From the NCBI GenBank assembly GCA_950097015.1, contig CATNEN010000008.1:248001-312000 (forward strand): 64,000 nucleotides of DNA, in the 5' to 3' direction. Within the stretch, counting starts at the first letter, position 1. Each line of letters begins with the position of its first letter. This DNA comes from Macrostomum hystrix. Its lineage: Eukaryota > Animalia > Platyhelminthes. The position numbers and the translations under genes are program-made. A model generated the notes under the pieces. It had not been told where the DNA came from. It was given only the letters and a program-made list of their open reading frames with translations, and ran no database searches. Of this stretch, positions 36,944 through 48,600 are shown piece after piece.

Positions 36944-37810
36944 ATGCGCACTCGGCGTAGCATGCTAAGAGTGAAGGTGAGGGAATTCCACAATGCTGGA
37001 GGCGCTACCAAGCAATTTGAGGCTATCGAGGAAGCTGATCTAACAAAGTTGCGAGCATATTTCGATGGAAGTACCGCTGAGAAGTTGCAGGATGAGGTAT
37101 TGTTCACCATTATGTACGTTTTTGGAGAGCGTGGGCAAGAGCACATGCCGGCACTGAAGGCAGCAAGCAGTCTGTTGATGAAGGTGGATGCTGATGGCAG
37201 ACCCTATATGTCGCTTCCAATACTGCCTACGAAAAATCAAAGTTCCGATCCTACGCGTTGTAAGGACGTCAGCTCGAAGCAAGCTAGGCTGTATGGGAAG
37301 CAGCAGGACCTGGTGAATAAATACATTTCGCTTCTCCCATCGGATCGCAAGGACGACTGCTTGTTCCCAAGAGCACTACCGAATGACAAGACGACGGGTT
37401 GTCTGCGTTTCTCATCTCAGCAGGTACGTGGCATCAATTGGTTTACCTCACTGATGAAACGGCTTAGCAAGCAGTGTAGTCTATCTCGAGAGTATACAAA
37501 TCATTGCATACGGGTGACGCGAATCGCGGACTTGCACGAGACTGGCCATGGAATGAACGATATCATGTGCATCACCGGTCAGAAGAGCGAAAGAACGGTG
37601 CGCCGATATCTAGCAAGGAAGCGCGACCGCGCAGTTTTTGAAGCGTCGACGGCTGTAAGCGGCGCCTTAGAGCGTCCTATCGAGGTTCCCAAGCAATCGA
37701 ACGGCGTAAACATGTCGTGCATTGAGACAGGTGTCGACGGTATCTCACCTGTCGAAGTCAAGCCGGCTAATGAAGTGCATCTTTCAAGTGGTAAGTTTAT
37801 GAGTAATTAA
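36944..37810 (+). mobile_element. Crypton-like tyrosine recombinase ORF (DUF3504-type), N-terminus apparently decayed
   Basis: AIEEADLTKL, FGERGQE (R), TKN (K), YTNHCIR (HxxR), ITGQKS (H>Q), VRRY (Y). The upstream out-of-frame KTSLISSVEGNDRLY resembles the Crypton N-terminal region. Confidence 0.75.
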
Positions 37811-38160
37811 ATGAATGTTTATTTATCAGAAAATGGTTTTCGGTGAATAAATGTGCCTTTGGTACCAAAACAGTTTCGCTTTCAATTATTGCAGTGAGGA
37901 ACACCCAGGCACAAGTGTCTCGTATTTTCGAAAATTGCCGGTTTGAAAACTGCACGTTTAATTTCGGGGTGAGTAAGTAATAGGCGTCTTTGACATGTGC
38001 AGTAACGTTGATAGGCAGTGACATTCAATTGCTCCTGTTCTGGTTTTGTGTTCATGGTTATTTAATGCATGGATGAATGTAGCTTTCTGCAAGCTAAAAG
38101 AGCCTACGAGCAAGCAAATGAATGCAAAATAGAAAAATGCATGCAATCGGAGCTTCTCTG

Positions 38161-38280
38161 CTAGTAATCTATGGCAAAAACGGTGTCAAAGCGTCAAGCA
38201 AGTGAATCCTTCAAGCACGCATTTCAGTACATGCTTTTCTTGTTTGACGCTTTGACACGGTTTTTGCCATAGACTACTAG
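38161..38280. repeat. Palindrome with 42-bp arms (3 mismatches) and weaker outer symmetry to ~38085-38340
   Basis: ctagtaatctatggcaaaaacggtgtcaaagcgtcaagcaag ... cttgtttgacgctttgacacggtttttgccatagactactag. Confidence 0.9.
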
Positions 38281-39159
38281 CCGTGAGGCCCCGATTCAGT
38301 TGGATTCAATTTCTTGCTCGTAGGTTCTACTAGCTCGAAAAATGCAATAATATAAATTATATCGTTTCAGTTATATTTTCATCCATGGTTTATTAGTTAA
38401 AATATACTGATGGACTCTTTTGTCTATGGAAAGTTCCAAAAGTGTGGAATAATGGCCTAAATGAAATTTCATTGCGTCTGAGGGAAAGTATACATACAAT
38501 GCTTGTTGTCTGCTATTGAGCAAGGGGCAGCACGAAAGCCCACCCCACCGACCCCCGGTTTAACCTCCAACCAAGCTACTCTCGGTCGGACCAAACACAA
38601 CAGAAAGCATAGACGCTGGCCGATGTTAGTCTGTTAGTCTGTCCACTTTTGTCTATGGTAATGAGAGCTGCTGGCTGCGGCGGTCGAAGCCTTGGCCAAT
38701 GAAAGGCAGTCATTGCAGAGTTTTTTATTCCCATTTAGAGTGTCAAAAGCGATATCGATACTCCTTTGTAGCTCGTCTGGTGGTAAAGACCTAGAGAAAA
38801 TGTTTTTCATATGCGCTGCGAAATTCAAAATATTGCGCGTCCTTCTTTTTCTGGGTGGTGACTCCATCACGGCATCGATTATATTTTTTTGATAAAAAAT
38901 ACAATGAGCTTCTAGCTGTAGTTTAAAACTGTCGCTTAAGTGCTTTCTAAGTGCTTTTAGAGACTTTCATGACTCTTGGAGAAAACATTTACCAATGAAA
39001 AATTTGGATACGTGAATTAGTTCTGGAAAGAGATAATCAGGCTTCGATAAATTGCAGGATATGATAATGGAACTTTACCTGTTGGGTGCCGAGCAAGTTA
39101 ATGGCGGTCGATCGAGGCGCGTAGCGCCGAGATCGTAATCGCCATTAACTGCGAGGCAG

Positions 39160-39311
39160 CCAACCGGTAAAAGCATTATAAGGCTTCAGGCCATAGACAA
39201 AACAACTCCCCCTATAACGCTATCTGGCGGCTGTCGGTCGACAAGCAACGGCGTTATAGGGGGAGTTGATTTGTCTATGGCCTGAAGCCTTATAATGCTT
39301 TTACCGGTTGG
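39160..39311. repeat. Palindrome with 61-bp arms (1 mismatch) and a 30-nt spacer
   Basis: ccaaccggtaaaagcattataaggcttcaggccatagac...gtctatggcctgaagccttataatgcttttaccggttgg. Confidence 0.95.
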
Positions 39312-39925
39312 TAAAATACTTTAATTGATAATTAAAAGAAACAAATATAAGCGTCCAAATTTTGTCAGCTTCTGGCTCATGGCGGATTGGCGCAGTTTGT
39401 GCCATAGACATGCCATTATCGCTGAGTGATCGTTTATACCATAATACGTTGCTGAAGCCTTATAATGGCTTTCACTTTGTCGATTTCCAGTCTGTCTGTG
39501 CCAACAATGTCTAGCGTTGCGGGTAATTTGAGCAGGACCAGACAACAATTTAGCACTAGCACTTTTTCTAGCACTCTCACTCAGTAATTGAGAATGAGCT
39601 CAGATATAACAGATAAAGAACTGAATGACTAGAAATAGCAGGAAGAATTGTGCGAAAGTTAATAGCAGTTACATCTGAGGAAGCCGTTACATTCCTGCAG
39701 AGCAAGGAAGGCAGAACGTGTTGCGAAAAAAGCTTGAAAAAACTATTCAAGTTAATAAGCCAGAGTGACTGGCTAACTAGCCAATAAGAAAGCAATCTAC
39801 TAACGCTGCCAAATCAATCAGATGGCTTCGCTGAGCGTGATTGGTCTAAAAATTAAAGTGCAGTACGAGTAGATACACAGAGTTGCTGCAAAACTCAAGC
39901 AAAAGCGGGTAAAAACGCAGAGATA

Positions 39926-41372
39926 CACTCAGCCACATTGAAAAGTTTCCACCCTAGCGCGCGAAGGGGCAACGTTTTGGTCTGTGGAGATATTCGTGGT
40001 TTGAGCCATAGACAAATATATAATCCGGAATCGACCGAAGCAAAGGAACAGCAAAGAAACAAAGTACGCGAGCATGGGTGACAACTCGCCCAGAACAGGG
40101 TCAGTAACGCGTATAGCAGCCACGTGAGTGCAGCAGAGCGCTCACTCTCCGGGGCATCCCCAGAACCAGGTGTCGCAGAAAATCTTGCGGTAGTTGTTGC
40201 CATGCAGTAGACAGTGATTCGCGCAGTTGGGCAACATTTTGCGGCGGATTGTCGCGCCGAATCGAGCGCTTCAGGTAATCCCAAACGTGCTCTATGGGAT
40301 TCATGTCCGGTGATCGGGACGGCCAGCGCAAGGTTCGCAGGTGCAGCAGCTCCTTCAGATGCGCCACAGCGGCTGCGCGATGCGGTGGGGCGTTGTCGTC
40401 TTGGAGGACGCAGTTCCCCACGCCACCACATGAAACATCAATGAAGGGCAGCAGGCGCGTCTGTAGAAGGTTGGCGTACGACTCGGCAGTCACAGTCGCA
40501 TCCAGGAACACGAGCTCCGTCTTCGCGTGCATTGTGATGCCTGCCCACACGTGAATAGAAGCTGACTGGCTCTCAGAGTTTTGCACGTGCTGCGGCAGCA
40601 TCTCCTGGCGCGGCTGGCGCCACACGCGAATGCGGCCGTCGGCACGGAACAATCGAAAGCGGCTCTCATCTGTGAAAATCACTCGCCGCCACTGCTGCTG
40701 CCTCCAGTGGACCCTTTGCATTGCCCATTGTTCCCGGCTGGCCACATGGGTTGGGGTCAGGCGTGACCGTTTGCGCATCTTACGGGATCGCAGCCCCGAC
40801 TCCCGCAATCGTCGTCGGATGGTTTGGGCGCTCAGGACATTCCCTCGCCTGCTTCTTTCAGCCCACATCAGCCGTAGCAGGGTGGCTGGCAATGTGGGGC
40901 TTCCCTTTACCATTCGCAGCAATCGCCGGTCCGCCCTCCTAGTTGTACTGCGCATATTGAGCCGCAGGCCGCGCGTGGCGTGCGCCACGCTGCCCGTTTC
41001 TCTGCACTTGATCTGCAGTTTGCGGATTGCTGTGTGTGACTGCCCAATTTGGCGAGCAACAGCTCGGATGGACATCCCAGCGTCCAGCATGCCAATGGCG
41101 CGCGCTCGTTCCAGGTCGGTCATTTGGCGAACCATTGCGTTCGGTTGCGAACGTGGATTTTAGACTCCTGTAAGATGCTGCTGTCTGCTCCATGTGACTG
41201 TTTCCTTCGACTTGTCTGGCATCTATGACCCAAGTTTTTGAATTCTATGGCCCAAGTGCGTGTTGACGAAATCATCAATCGTCTATGGCACAAGTCTGGC
41301 GACAAAAACCAGTTTTGAAACTCTAAATATACAACTTGCGCGAGGGTGGAAACTTTTCAATGTTGCTGAGTG
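39926..41372 (-). mobile_element. Tc1-family transposon, intact; transposase 41135-40101 (344 aa, DD34E)
   Basis: TIRs cactcagc(c/a)acattgaaaagtttccaccct with flanking TA at 39924-25 and 41373-74. Motifs FTDESRF, QDDNAPPH, SPDMNPIE; 34 residues between the second D and E. Confidence 0.95.
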
Positions 41373-41754
41373 TACTCATAGTTAGATATTTAGACATAGA
41401 CTATGATGAATTGAACGCCATTTATCATATATGCAATTCGATTGCTTATTTTCGGGGGCATCCCATCTGATTGATAGACATATAGGTTTAGACCATTTGA
41501 TTCCGACCATAGACAAAAAATTAATTTCTCACGAAGCAGCCAGTCAGTCAGTGGTGGCAAAACGTAAAAGCCGAATTCAAAGTTCACTTCAATGTTCCAT
41601 ATATTAATGCTCCTTTTTTCGAGGAGATTATATGATATAATATCCTAGTTTTTGTCAAATAATCTCACCAAAAATTACCATAGACAACACATTCCCGGCT
41701 CAGAATAGTACAATTTTTTACCGATTAAATAAGCAATCGTATTTTATCTATATA

Positions 41755-43070
41755 CACTCAGCAACATTGAAAAGTTTCCACCCTAGCGCGCGAAGCGTCA
41801 ACGTTTTGGTGGGTGGAGATATTAGTGGTTTGAGCCATAGACAAATATAAAATCCGGATTCGAACGAAGCAAACGAACAGCAAAGAAATTACGCGAGCAT
41901 CTGGTGCCAACTGGCCCAGAACAGGGTCAGTAACGCGTATAGCAGCAGAGCGCACACTCTCCGGGCATACCCACAACCAGGCGTCGCAGAAAATCTTGCG
42001 GTAGCTGTTGCCATGCAGTAGACAGTGATTCGCGGTAGACAGTGATTCCGAAGTAGTCAGTCCTTCAGATGCACCACAGCGGCTGCGCGATGCGGTGGGG
42101 CGTTGTCGTCTTGGAGGACGCTGTTCCCCACGCTACCACATGAAGCATCAATGAAGGGCAGCAGCGTCTTTAGAAGGTTGGCTTGGCAAAAAAATTGGCA
42201 AATACGACTCGGCAGTCACAGTCGCATCCAGGAACACAAGCTCCGTCTTTGCGTGCATTGTGATGCCTGCCCACACGTGAATAGAAGCTGACTGGCTCTC
42301 TGAGTTTTGCACGTGCTGCGGCAGCATCTCCTGGCGTGGCTGGCGCCACACGCGAATGCGGCCGTCGGCACGGAACAATCGAAAGCGGCTCTCATCCGAG
42401 AAAATCACTCGCCGCCACTGCTGCTGCCTCCACTGGACCCTTTGCATTGCCCATTGTTGCCGGCTGGCCACATGGGTTGGGGTCAGGCGTGGCCGTTTGC
42501 GCATCTTACGGGATCACAGCCCCAACTCCCGCTATTGTCGTCGGATGGTTTGGGCGCTCAGAAATCCCCTCGCCTGCTTCTTTCAGCCCACATCAGCCGT
42601 AGCAGGGTGGCTGGCAATGTGGGGCTTCCATTCGACATTCGCAGCAATCGCCGGTCCGCCCTCCTAGTTGTACTGCGCAAATTGAGCCGCCGGCCGGCTA
42701 GCGCCACGCTGCCAGTTTCTCTGCACTTGATCTGCAGTTTGCGGATTGCTGTGCGAGACCGCCCAATTTGGCGAGTAATAGCTCGGATGGACACCCCAGC
42801 GTCCAGCATGCCAACGGCGCGCGCTTGTTCCAGGTCGGTCATTTGGCGAACCATTCCGTTTGGTTGCGAACGTGGATCATAGACTCCTGTAAGCTGACTG
42901 CTGTCTGCTACATGCGAATGTTTCCTTCGACTTGTCTGGCGTCTATGGCCCAAGTGCGTGTTGACGAAATCATCAATCGTCTATGGCACAAGTCTGGCGA
43001 CAAAAACCAGTTTTGAAACTCTAAATATACAACTTGCGCGAGGGTGGAAACTTTTCAATGTTGCTGAGTG
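41755..43070 (-). mobile_element. Second Tc1 copy, defective (frameshifts, internal deletion)
   Basis: Same TIRs with TA flanks; the transposase is split over several frames. Confidence 0.92.
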
Positions 43071-43161
43071 TATATAACGACCATCGCTAAAATGAGAGCC
43101 AATGCAATTACCTCAAAAATTAAAAATAAAAAAATCATTTAATTTGAAAAATCAGCATATA

Positions 43162-43996
43162 ATGTCGGCCTCCATCACAATATGTCTAGCACTTGGGATG
43201 CTGCTCGCCTGTCCGCACAGCCTGCAGTCCTGCCAGACGCCCTTCCAGTCCGTGTCCGGCTTCTGCCTGCTCGTGAACACCACAGCCGCAGTCGGCTGGT
43301 GCCAGGCAGCCCGTCTGTGCCAGGAGGCTCGCGGCGAGCTGGGGATGGAGCTGGCCGCCATTCGGGATGCTGCGCCGAATTCAACCGACACCGCATTGTG
43401 GGTCGGTATCACTGATCTTTTGGAAGAACAGCTCACCAACAGGTTTATGTTTGTTTTGTTGAAATGATCCGACAATATTTTAGTGTTTTTAAGTAGCGTA
43501 TTTTTGGTCCGAAAATCTGGGTTTTGTAAGCCGTGAAGACCAATGCTTTCGACACCTCTTTTAATATCTGAAATAATCCTGAAATTACAGGATGGCGCAT
43601 GGTCAACGGAAGCGAGTTCATTGCACCGAGCACCGATTGGCACCCTAAAACACCCAACAACGTGGACAGCTCAGACGACATGCTGGGTCTGCAAAACGGC
43701 AGACTCTGTGACTTCCGCTCGGACTTTTTGTTAAGCTTCGTCTGCCAGCCCGTGGCGACGCCGAACAGCGGCACCTTCCGTCGAGCCAGCTTCCTGCAGC
43801 TGGGCGACATCACGCCCTACTACTGCTACACGGAGCTGCAGTCGGTGCAGCGAAGGCTGCTCTGCGTTCGCCTGTGCGCTGCCCGCTGGGAGTGCCGGGC
43901 GGCTCTGTTCAACCGGGCCGAGGCTTCGCCGATGCCAGCGTCGGTGACGCCATCGAGAAGAGCGGCGTCTGGGAGAAGTTCGTCAAGGTCTACTGA
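43162..43996 (+). pseudogene. CTLD-PAN copy 3; exon 1 43162-43442, exon 2 ~43591-43996
   Basis: The only nearby acceptor AG is out of frame, and a 19-nt deletion (cgctgccgcatgctggact) near 43926 frameshifts the PAN end. Confidence 0.8.
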
Positions 43997-44403
43997 GTAT
44001 AGAAAACTGGATGAACTTTTAGTTTTGTGATGTTTGGCCCTCCAAACCTGTACCTTCTCTGTTATTTTTAAATACAGCTAAAGCATCGGTTTTCAATTTG
44101 AAATTTTAGAAACTCTAACCTATTCAAGTTTGAGGACGGAACATATGATTATCTATATTTTCTAATTCAATATACACTCGCATTGGATGTCTGGCATAAG
44201 GGCATGAGAATAATATCAGTAAAAGGTGATGACGGGCTGTTTCTGGCTAAACATCACAACAAAAAGGCAAATAAAAGACTAAATTTGTCTCAAACCCACT
44301 GCAGTCACGCATGAAATTGGTCTGCAGATCTACGAGTACGACAGCCAGTCTAAAATGACATGAAAATGGTACTTTGCCTTTCATGGCATCAAGTCATGGC
44401 ATC

Positions 44404-44960
44404 CGGCGGCGCAGAGGACTCGCATGGGCGGCCTACCGTTCGATCCGGGCCGTCCTCCAGTCCACAGCGCTGCCTGAACGCCAGAGGGCTCGGCTGTGGC
44501 AGGCGGTGGTCGAGACCGTCCTGCTGTACAACGCCGAGTCGTGGACGCTGACAGCTACGCTAGAGCGGCAGCTGGACTCGGCGCACTCGGGGCTGCTCCG
44601 TGCGGCCTTTCCAGCTGACGAGAGTGTCGGGACCGAGGCTCTGTACGAGAGAGCCCAGCTGCAACGCCCGTCCACCATCCTGCGCCAGCGGCGACTTCGG
44701 CTAGCGGGCCACGTTATTCGGGCCGAGAGCTACTGCCGCCAGCCTGCCCAGGACGTCCTGCTGCTCACCCTGCAGGGCCCGTTCAGGCGCGGCCAGGCTC
44801 GGACCCGCCGCTATTTCGACTGATGCTGAGCGACGCCGGGGCGCCCGACACTGCCACCGGCGCGGACCATGTTCGCGCGCTGGCTCTGCGGCGCGCCATC
44901 TGACGCTGCCTCCCTGTCTTTTGGGGCTAGCGTCTCTTGTTGTTGTTGTTGTTGTTGTTT
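44404..44960 (+). mobile_element. 5'-truncated RTE-like LINE fragment with (TTG)n tail
   Basis: QAVVETVLLYNAESWTLT...RRLRLAGHVIR RT C-terminal motifs; candidate 8-bp TSD ATGGCATC at 44396-44403 and 44961-44968. Confidence 0.75.
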
Positions 44961-45079
44961 ATGGCATCATGGCAAGAAGTGTCTGAAGTGAAGTTCCGAT
45001 TGTTTGATTTGGTCAAAATTGGAGGTAAGAAAGTGTGCTACTACTCAAACTGAGTACTGCATTAAGAATCCGTAGGGTA

Positions 45080-45205
45080 AACTCCCGCTGCATCAGCGAG
45101 CATCAACCTGCGTTACGACTGCACCTCCGTGCAGCAGTAGTAGTGCAAGATGTTGCCATCTGCAGCAAGCTGGCACGACGGATGGTGGCGCTGTTCGGCG
45201 TTCGG
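45080..45205 (-). pseudogene. Heavily decayed relic of the CTLD-PAN exon 2
   Basis: cgactgcacctccgtgcagcagtagtagtgcaagatgttgccatctgcagcaagctggcacgacggatggtggcgctgttcggcg aligns to the PAN block of the other copies. Confidence 0.65.
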
Positions 45206-45698
45206 CTCGTCAAAGTCAGGCCGCAATGTCTCATGGGGAGTGGATTAATGATAATCGGGATTGGGGTTTTACTTGTGGGTATAGCATTCCGGGAAAATAT
45301 AGTTTTTGGGGACAGAAACTATTAGGGGAGGTGCAGATGGAAATTGGGCATAGAAATGAGGACAAGTTAACTTCTCAAGGACCGATGAGGCCAAAGTTGG
45401 TTTTGGGGATAAAAATCGGACGGCCACACAATTTGCGCAGCAGCCAAGACGCAAAGCCTACGCTGAACCGGCGTTGACCCTGAGTGATGTACAACTGAGC
45501 CTGACAGCACTCTGAAAATATTTCTATTTTAGTCGCTCTGTTTATCTGCTCAACCAATAAAGAGGTTCAATATTCACAAGCGAACAAGATAAGTCGAGAT
45601 TGCTTGGGAGCAGAAATATGCGAGGCCCCTGTTAACCCCTTGTTTGATGGTTGTTGTCATCCACTGCGAAATTAAAGCTAGTGTAGTGTCTGCTTGTT

Positions 45699-48600
45699 GC
45701 TCGCACCGGCGGGACACGCCTGTGAGGTATGAGTCAGACCAGGCCCACGGGCTAAGGTCTGCGATGCCTCACACCTGCAGTCGCTTTTTGAGCAGGCTTG
45801 GCAGGAAGGAGCCCTGTGCCTTCGGGTGCAGGAATCCCTCCACGCTGTCCCGTCAGCTGACCCATGGGTACACGTCCCGCGAGTGTTCAAGGCTGACCCT
45901 AGGGCAGCCGGACAGAATGGGCAACAGCGCTGGATGACCCATCCAGGGCCTCCGGCCAAACTGGGTACCTCTAGCCCTGGCTGGAGGGAAAGGTGTCACC
46001 CTTTGACCTTAACAGGGTATGCGGCCAGTCCGCAGCGTTCGTGCACCTGTGCGTGATCAGGTACCTCTGGCTACGGCTCTGAGGGAAAGGTGTCACCCTT
46101 TGACCTTAACAGGGTATGCGGCCAGTCCGCAGCTTTCGTGCACCTGTGCGTGATCAGGTACCTCTGGCTACGGCTCTGAGGGAAAGGTGTCACCCTTTGA
46201 CCTTAACAGGGTATGCGGCCAGTCCGCAGCTTTCGTGCACCTGTGCGTGATCAGGTACCTCTGGCTACGGCTCTGAGGGAAAGGTGTCACCCTTTGACCT
46301 TAACAGGGTATGTGGCCAGTCCGCAGCTTTCGTGCACCTGTGCGTGATCAGGTACCTCTGGCTACGGCTCTGAGGGACAGGTGTCACCCTTCGACCTCAA
46401 CAGGGTACGCAGCCAGTCTGCGGGCCTGGCACTGCTCTAGGTGTCCTCTTATGCCTGAGGTCTCACCGCGCTGAGGGGCTGAAAGGTCCAGGGAGTCTAT
46501 CCGGCCATTAGCGGTTTTTATTTTTATTTTTTCTTTCTCTTCTTTCCAGCGACCTATGGAGTCCCACTATAGCTCCAGCACGTCCCAGGACCCTGCTGAA
46601 ACGCTGACCCCGGCCGGCGACGCAGATCCTCAGGACCAGCGCCAGGGCGACACCGGTTCCACCGGCGCCCAAAATCCATCCTGCTCTTCCGCCACTCAGG
46701 AAAACACCAGAGCGGCTGGATCAAAGAGCAAACGCTCCCCTTCCACGCAAGCCCGCAGCTTCGCCCGCCTCCAGGAATTCCGGCGGCGTAAACAGGAAGT
46801 ACGGTTGGCTGCGAAATCCGCGCCAACCACCGCCTCCGAGGAGGGGGCCGGCAACTCTGCGAACATCGCGGAGGAACCGGCACCCAACAAGGAGGCGGAC
46901 TCCTCGCGCCGTCCGAGAAACCCGGAAGCGCGGAAAAGTGCCGCCCAGGCCTCTGGGGAGTCCGGTTCCTCTCGCGGCGGAACCTCTCACAGTCATCCGG
47001 AAACTCCGACGACTGCTGGGGGCCCGTTGCGGGAGGCGCCGGCCAAACCACAAGGCCAAAGCGCACTTACGCTGCTATGGCAAAGAGGCAGCCGGCCTTG
47101 GTTATCCGAGGCCAGGAGACGCCCCTCTCAACAGCGCAACTCGACCAGATCTGGCGCAGATTGGATTCCCATCTGGTCAAACTGGCACTGAGCGGCACTG
47201 TGCTGCACGTCCTGAAGACCGACATCCAGGACCAAGCCCTCATTGTCCAGCCTGCCGACAACCAGTCCGGACAGCAACTCCTCGAGATGCTGAAATCCTT
47301 CGACTGGGGCACGGAAATGGGCAACCTGTTTATCTACAGGGAGGACGAGCGCCCCCAGACACACCGTCATCGTGTTTGGATCCCAGCTCGCAGCGCCATC
47401 ACCAACGCCGGAGAACTGCGTCGCCTGCTGTTGGCAATCCACCCGGATCTGCCAGCAAACGGTGTCGTGGTTCATGAAACCATCACCAGATCTGGTGGAG
47501 ACGGTTTCACGGCCATCCTAGGATTGTCGGACAGCTGGATGCTCCGCTGCCCAGACATGTCCTACATCAGTGCAGGCCTCACTCGAATGCAGATTTTCAG
47601 CTTCGAGTCCGATGCCACTCGCCCGCCGCCCCCGGAAAAGCGGAAACGGACGGACCAGAGCTCTGCCGGGCCCCTGCGCCCTGGAACACAGACTCCTGGT
47701 CGTCACGACCACTCCGAGGATGCGGACCCTATCAGGGGCAAAGCCGCGCGAGCCGCAACGACAGGCGGACGTGGTAAGGGCCGGAAACCCGCCCGCAACA
47801 CCATCCGTACTGGCCTGACTCAGCGCGCCAGAGAGCTGTCGGACCCCAACAGTGGACGCCACAGCAGCACCCCCCGGCCCAATGTTTCATCGGAACCCCC
47901 GGCGGAAAACCGGGCTGAGGATACGGACGCCGCTGTTGCGGCAGCCCCGGCCTCAGCTCTGGATCCGATTCAGGAGGAACCGATGGAGCTCGGGCAAAAC
48001 ACCGGCGAGGACGAGGAATCGCTCCTGAACAACTCGCCGTAGGCCAGCAGATAGCCGCACGGACCGCCCCTCCTGGGGTGAGCTTCCTGCAGCTGAACCT
48101 GCACCACTACATCGCGGCCTCGACCAACCTGGCGCGTGTGGTGGACTTCGAAAAACCGGGCATCATCCTCCTCCAAGAGCTCTGGACGAAGAAAGGTAAG
48201 ATTCCGAACATTCCTGCAGGTTTTGACTGTTTTTTCATGCCCCAAAACCCCAGGGCTGCTGTGTTCGCGACTACCGATCTCAAAGCTTGGTATAGACCAG
48301 ACCTCTCTGACAAAGACCTCTGTGTCATCCAAACCAACCACATTCTCCCGAACCGCACCGTCATCATCGCCTCTATCTACATTCCTGGTGACGGTCCTGC
48401 GGTTCCGCCCAGTCTCACTTCCCTCGTGGACTACTGCTCAGACCGCGACTTTGAGCTGCTGGTGGCAGGCGACATTAACGCCCACCACACCCACTGTGGC
48501 AGTGTTACTTCAAACTGCAGAGGCGAGGATCTCCTTGCCTACATCTGCACCACCGATATTGAGTTCTGCAACTCGGGTGGCACACCCACCTTCGACAATG

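Noticed and set aside
36944-37810. Bacterial or phage integrase / contamination
   Set aside because: The motifs (RGQE, TKN, YTNHCIR, TGQKS) fit eukaryotic Crypton/DUF3504 recombinases, and the flanks are metazoan.
45699-45790. HDV-like or hammerhead ribozyme at the 5' end of the large LINE
   Set aside because: Stable hairpins are present, but I could not fit the nested double pseudoknot or the CUGAUGA/GAAA cores; kept only as 'structured'.
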